Of a stretch of DNA of 64,000 nucleotides, positions 59,831-64,000 are shown piece after piece. Below the pieces are notes generated by a model. The model did no database searches, was not told the DNA's origin, and worked only from the letters and a program-made list of their open reading frames with translations. The position numbers were made by a program, and so were the translations under genes. Each line of letters opens with the position of its first letter. Within the stretch, counting starts at the first letter, position 1. The stretch is from Eledone cirrhosa (taxonomy: Eukaryota), in assembly GCA_964016885.1 (NCBI GenBank), contig OZ024742.1, positions 72,416,001 through 72,480,000 of the forward strand. Reading direction: 5' to 3'.

Positions 59831-59923
59831 AAAGCAGCACAGGAGCTGCTTCTTTGCCCACCTATTTCTGAGAGGGGCATGGTGGCAGGGTTCTCAAACA
59901 CTCCTTCCAGCAGTTCGCTATAA

Positions 59924-59976
59924 GATAAAATAAAATAAAATAAAATAAAATAAAATAAAATAAAATAAAAAAAAAA
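59924..59976 (+). repeat. (TAAAA)n microsatellite
   Basis: Direct inspection. Confidence 0.9.
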
Positions 59977-60522
59977 TGGAAAATGTTTTTATTTTAGTAT
60001 TTATTAATACTAGATTTGGGAATGTTAGCTTTTGTAGTATTCATGATAGCAGAATAGTGACCACTGAATGAAGCAAGGAAACAAGTGTTTTAAGACTATT
60101 TTCTTTGCTAAAGCAGGGGTTAGCTTTACAGGCCCTATGACAAATTTCTCCATTTTGCTGTGGCTTTCATTTTCTCTTCCATCTTTAACTATGCCTTTCT
60201 TGGTCTTCCCCTTTCTCTACTTACTTCCACATTCATTTCCATTATTCCTCTCACCTGGTCACTGACATCTCTCCTTAACATATGACCTAGCCATCTCATT
60301 CAACAAAGAAAGTAAGAAAACAAAGAAGAAACTGATATCTAGTTATTTGGTGGATAGATAATATTTGTATGTGAAGATTAATGATAGTGTTGTATAACAA
60401 TAATGACTGCTTCCCATTTTCTTCACTAAATCTTTTGTTTTTGTAATGTTAACATAACAGATTTCTATATTGTCTCATAATATCAGCTTCATTTTGTTTC
60501 TTTTATTTTTTTACTTCTTCAG

Positions 60523-60599
60523 GTGAAGCTTTGGGTGCAATTGGATCGATATCCTCCATAAACGTTTTGAGAAAATTTGAACACAATGATATAATCGAG
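60523..60599 (+). CDS. DOHH: Deoxyhypusine hydroxylase, coding exon 2
   Basis: Long polypyrimidine tract plus CAG acceptor; phase 1 completes HEAG|EALGAIGSISSINVLRKFEHNDIIE, cf. human GEALGAIGDPEVLEILKQYSSDPVIE; donor GT at 60600. The gene continues beyond the window. Confidence 0.94.
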
Positions 60600-61049
60600 G
60601 TATATTTTAATAAATTGATTTGATTATTTGGTTTTTGGTAATGTTGACTTACAAGTAACCTTTTGTTACAAAGTTATAAATCAAATGTAACCACTAGGAT
60701 TGATGAAAAGTAGTAGAAATGTGGTATAGTAAAAACATTTTTTAAATGTTTTGTCAGGTTCCTGCAACAAGAAATATAAAATATTCTTAGAGATCACTTT
60801 TTTCACGAATATGGAAATTAGCTCAATCACATTTAACCCTTTTATTACCACATTTCTAATAATAAAAAAAAAACACTGCCTATAGGTTTCAAATCATCTA
60901 AAAATAACCAAGAATTTGAAAGGATTTAGTAATATAATTAATTAACTTGGTCATTAAGCTGGTATTTGGAACATAACTTAAAGGTTCTTATTAAAATTGA
61001 TGGAAGCTTTTTAGGTAAATATAAACACATTTAAATTATCAGTATTTAA

Positions 61050-62318
61050 CCCTTTAGTGTTCAAACCGCCCGAAACCGACCGAAATTATTTCCTCTTCAT
61101 TTGTTCAAACCGCCCAAAATCGCCCGATAACACCCACACTAAAATATCGTTCTAAAAATAAACAAACCATCATCAAAATCTTGTCAATTCGATAATTACT
61201 GCGAGATTAAGCCCTTACCACGAAAATTAACACTTAATATAGTGAAACAACTTAAAACATGTGTTTTTTTAACATTGAAAGTAGAACAGATTTTTTGTGT
61301 ATCAACATGGCTTATGAAAGTAGCGATACCGACTTTGAAGGTTTTACACACAATGACATTCAGAATGAACAAGAAACAAAAGATAATTGTTTCTACTATT
61401 GGCACAAGGCCAGCAATACCCAGTACATTACTGGTACTTTATTTTATCGACCCCGTAAGGATGAAAGGCAAAGTTAACCTCGGTGGGATTTGAACTCAGA
61501 ATGGCAAGGGCCGTAACTCTATGCGTCAAAGCATGGCGTCCGACCTTCTACCAATACTGCCAATTCACCGCCAGAAACAAAAGATAATATTAGTGATTTA
61601 TCTTCAAATGAATCAGATGTTTACATTTCTGAAATTTCATCCGACGATGATTGTTATTTTGAAAGTGAAAACGAAGGAGATCTCCAGGACACCATTGAAA
61701 ATATTACAGCAACGTGGTTGAAAAATACCACACCAATATATGTTCCCGATTTTATTCAAAATGCTGGTCCACAACACACATTAGCTCCTGATGCTAAAGC
61801 ACTGGATTATTTCTTTTTGTTTTTACCACAAACTTTCTTCAAAGTTGTGGCAGAAGAGATTAATCGATATGCCCAACAACAGATTTCAAATCGAGGATAA
61901 CCCGATCTGTTTGGCAACCGACAGATGCTGCGGAAATGCAAATATTATGTTCGGTATAAAACAATTTCCAAGACTGTGGAATTACTGGAGTACTTATATA
62001 AGGTTTAGTGATCCTTATATATCAACTATTATGCCGAAAACAATGTATTTAAAATTAAACCAGTATTTGCACCTGGTTGATATTTCAAATGCCCCTATTA
62101 ATTAATTTCACCTTCCCATAAAAGTCAAATTTAACAAAAAAAATCAGGTAAAATTATATAATTGTAAATTATTGATATTTAAACATCTACTGACAAAATT
62201 TCAAGCCTGCACATAGAAAATTAAGAAAATTACAAACAAATAAAATTGAGTATGATTAACTCAAAATAATGCGAACAGATAAGCATGACATTTGAAAATT
62301 AATGCGAATGCTAAAGGG
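61050..62318 (+). mobile_element. Internally deleted piggyBac transposon (PGBD4-like transposase N-terminal remnant)
   Basis: TTAA|CCCTTTAG...CTAAAGGG|TTAA. Remnants SDTDFEGF, GP...LDYFFLFL..FF..VAEEINRYAQQ, MFGIKQFP...YWST, YLKLNQYLHL. Confidence 0.9.
61388..61572 (-). mobile_element. Young tRNA/Meta-like SINE inserted in piggyBac
   Basis: 16-bp TSD AGAAACAAAAGATAAT at 61372-87 and 61573-88. Confidence 0.92.
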
Positions 62319-64000
62319 TTAAACTGGAGGGCAGTTTCAGTAGTTAGGTATCAGTAGTGTTATGCTACATCTCTAGCTAAATTAGACTTGATCTGGAGCT
62401 GAATAACCATGGCAGCAAAACAAATAGCTATACTGTATGTCATATACTAGATATATAAACCAGTGACAAAGCCTCTTGGCAGTTTCTTATTTGCTAGAAA
62501 TAACAATCAAATCGCCATCAAATTACAGCCTACCTTCTTGAAAAGGGAAGAAAATATTGGATATTGTAGTCCTAGATACAACATATCTGAATAAATGACC
62601 GGAGAGTCACTGTTGGAACAGCTTTGGTTGTAAGTTTGCTGTATCGAGGCTGATTAAACAGAAATATCACAATATATGTAGCTCAAAGTGAGTTGAAACA
62701 CAGCCTGAAAACAGTTAACAAAATAGAAACTAGGAATTTCCCTGATCATTCCTATGCTACCTTGTTGAGAACTTGGGAATATATTACTAAGCTTTATTCC
62801 CAGACATGGAGAGACATACCAATGAAGAATTGTGTATAGGCTTGTGTTTGTCTATATAAGTATGTTAGCATGTGCAAATCTGTATGTGAATCAATGTCTA
62901 TGTATGCTAAGACATGTATTTGTCTATGTGTATAGTTTGTGTGATTCTCTGTCAGTCAATGTGTATGTTTAGATTGAGAAATTGAGTGTGGATAATTTCC
63001 CCCATCCAAATGACAGGCTTCTGTTTTTGTTTTTCTCTCCAAATCTAGCTTGAAGTATTTATAGTTATTAACCATCACATCAACCTTGATTGAGCAGAAC
63101 TATGAGCCTTCAAGCTGTGACCATCTGTCTTTTTGTATATCAGGAATGACATATATGTATGAATGCTTTCTGTATATGTATAATCTGAAAGTAATGACAT
63201 TGGAGTCATACACAGACCACACAAATTATGTTATTTAAGAAAGGATATATATATCATCATCATCACTGTTTAATGTCCATTTTCCATGCTAGCATGGGCC
63301 AGACAAGTCCTGTTGTGAGACATGTCAGGTCAGATGACTGTATCTTGCTCATACAGTACTGTTTCTGGCATAGTTTCTATGACTGGATGCTCTTCCTAAC
63401 ACCAACCACATTTACATCGTAGCGTAGACTGGGTGCTTTTTATTGTGGCACCAAAACGACAGTGCTTTTTGTCGTGCCATTAACACGACCACTTTACATG
63501 GTTGACCTGGTGCTTTTTGTTGTGTTACCAACATGACCACTTTACAGGGTGAACTGGGTGAATTTTGTCATGTCGCCAGCACAACCACCTTATAGGGTGG
63601 ACCGGGTGCATTTTGGTCATGTCACCAGCATGAACACCTTACACGGTAGACAAGGGGGGCGGGGTTGTGTCACCAGCATGGCTACCTTACAGGGTGGACT
63701 TGAAGCTTTTAGTTATTTCAGTATATGTATACATATAAAATACACACACACATATAAAATACACACACACACACACATATATCATCATCATCACCATTTA
63801 ACGTCCATTTTTTCATGTGTGAGGGGTGGAGAGTTAGGACGTGGGAGGTGAAGGTGGTGCACACTAGATGTATGCTTCCGCCTGTACTCATATATATATA
63901 TATATGTGAGTGTGTGTGTGTAATATATACTGTAAGGTGCTAGTGCTAGAGTTACAATAAAATGCTCCTAGTACATGCTGTAAACTGTTTGGCATTAGGA

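Overview
Eukaryotic, AT-rich, repeat-dense animal genomic DNA. The repeat families and microsatellites suggest a coleoid cephalopod (Octopus-like), which is an inference. Two spliced protein-coding genes are recognisable. (1) A C9orf72 orthologue on the minus strand has coding exons 12305-11736, 9778-9677 and 4755-4627, continues off the left edge, and has a probable first exon ending at 18341. (2) Deoxyhypusine hydroxylase (DOHH) on the plus strand has exons 36998-37292 and 60523-60599 separated by a 23.2 kb intron. An 88-codon two-transmembrane, VMA21-like ORF lies directly upstream of the C9orf72 start codon, apparently inside its leader. Divergent from the C9orf72 promoter there appears to be a multi-exon non-coding transcript whose introns carry H/ACA-like hairpin RNAs, i.e. 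a candidate snoRNA host gene. Most remaining sequence is mobile DNA: an intact RTE LINE with a PHD finger inside its RT, many truncated RTE copies, a full-length decayed BovB-like RTE, R4/Dong, CR1, CRE and Tx1-like fragments, Helitrons, piggyBac elements, tRNA SINEs, a 5S-headed SINE and Penelope-type hammerhead ribozyme remnants. Most short ORFs in the supplied track are TE fragments or noise. All homology calls come from recalled family motifs, not database searches, and TE boundaries without TSDs are approximate.
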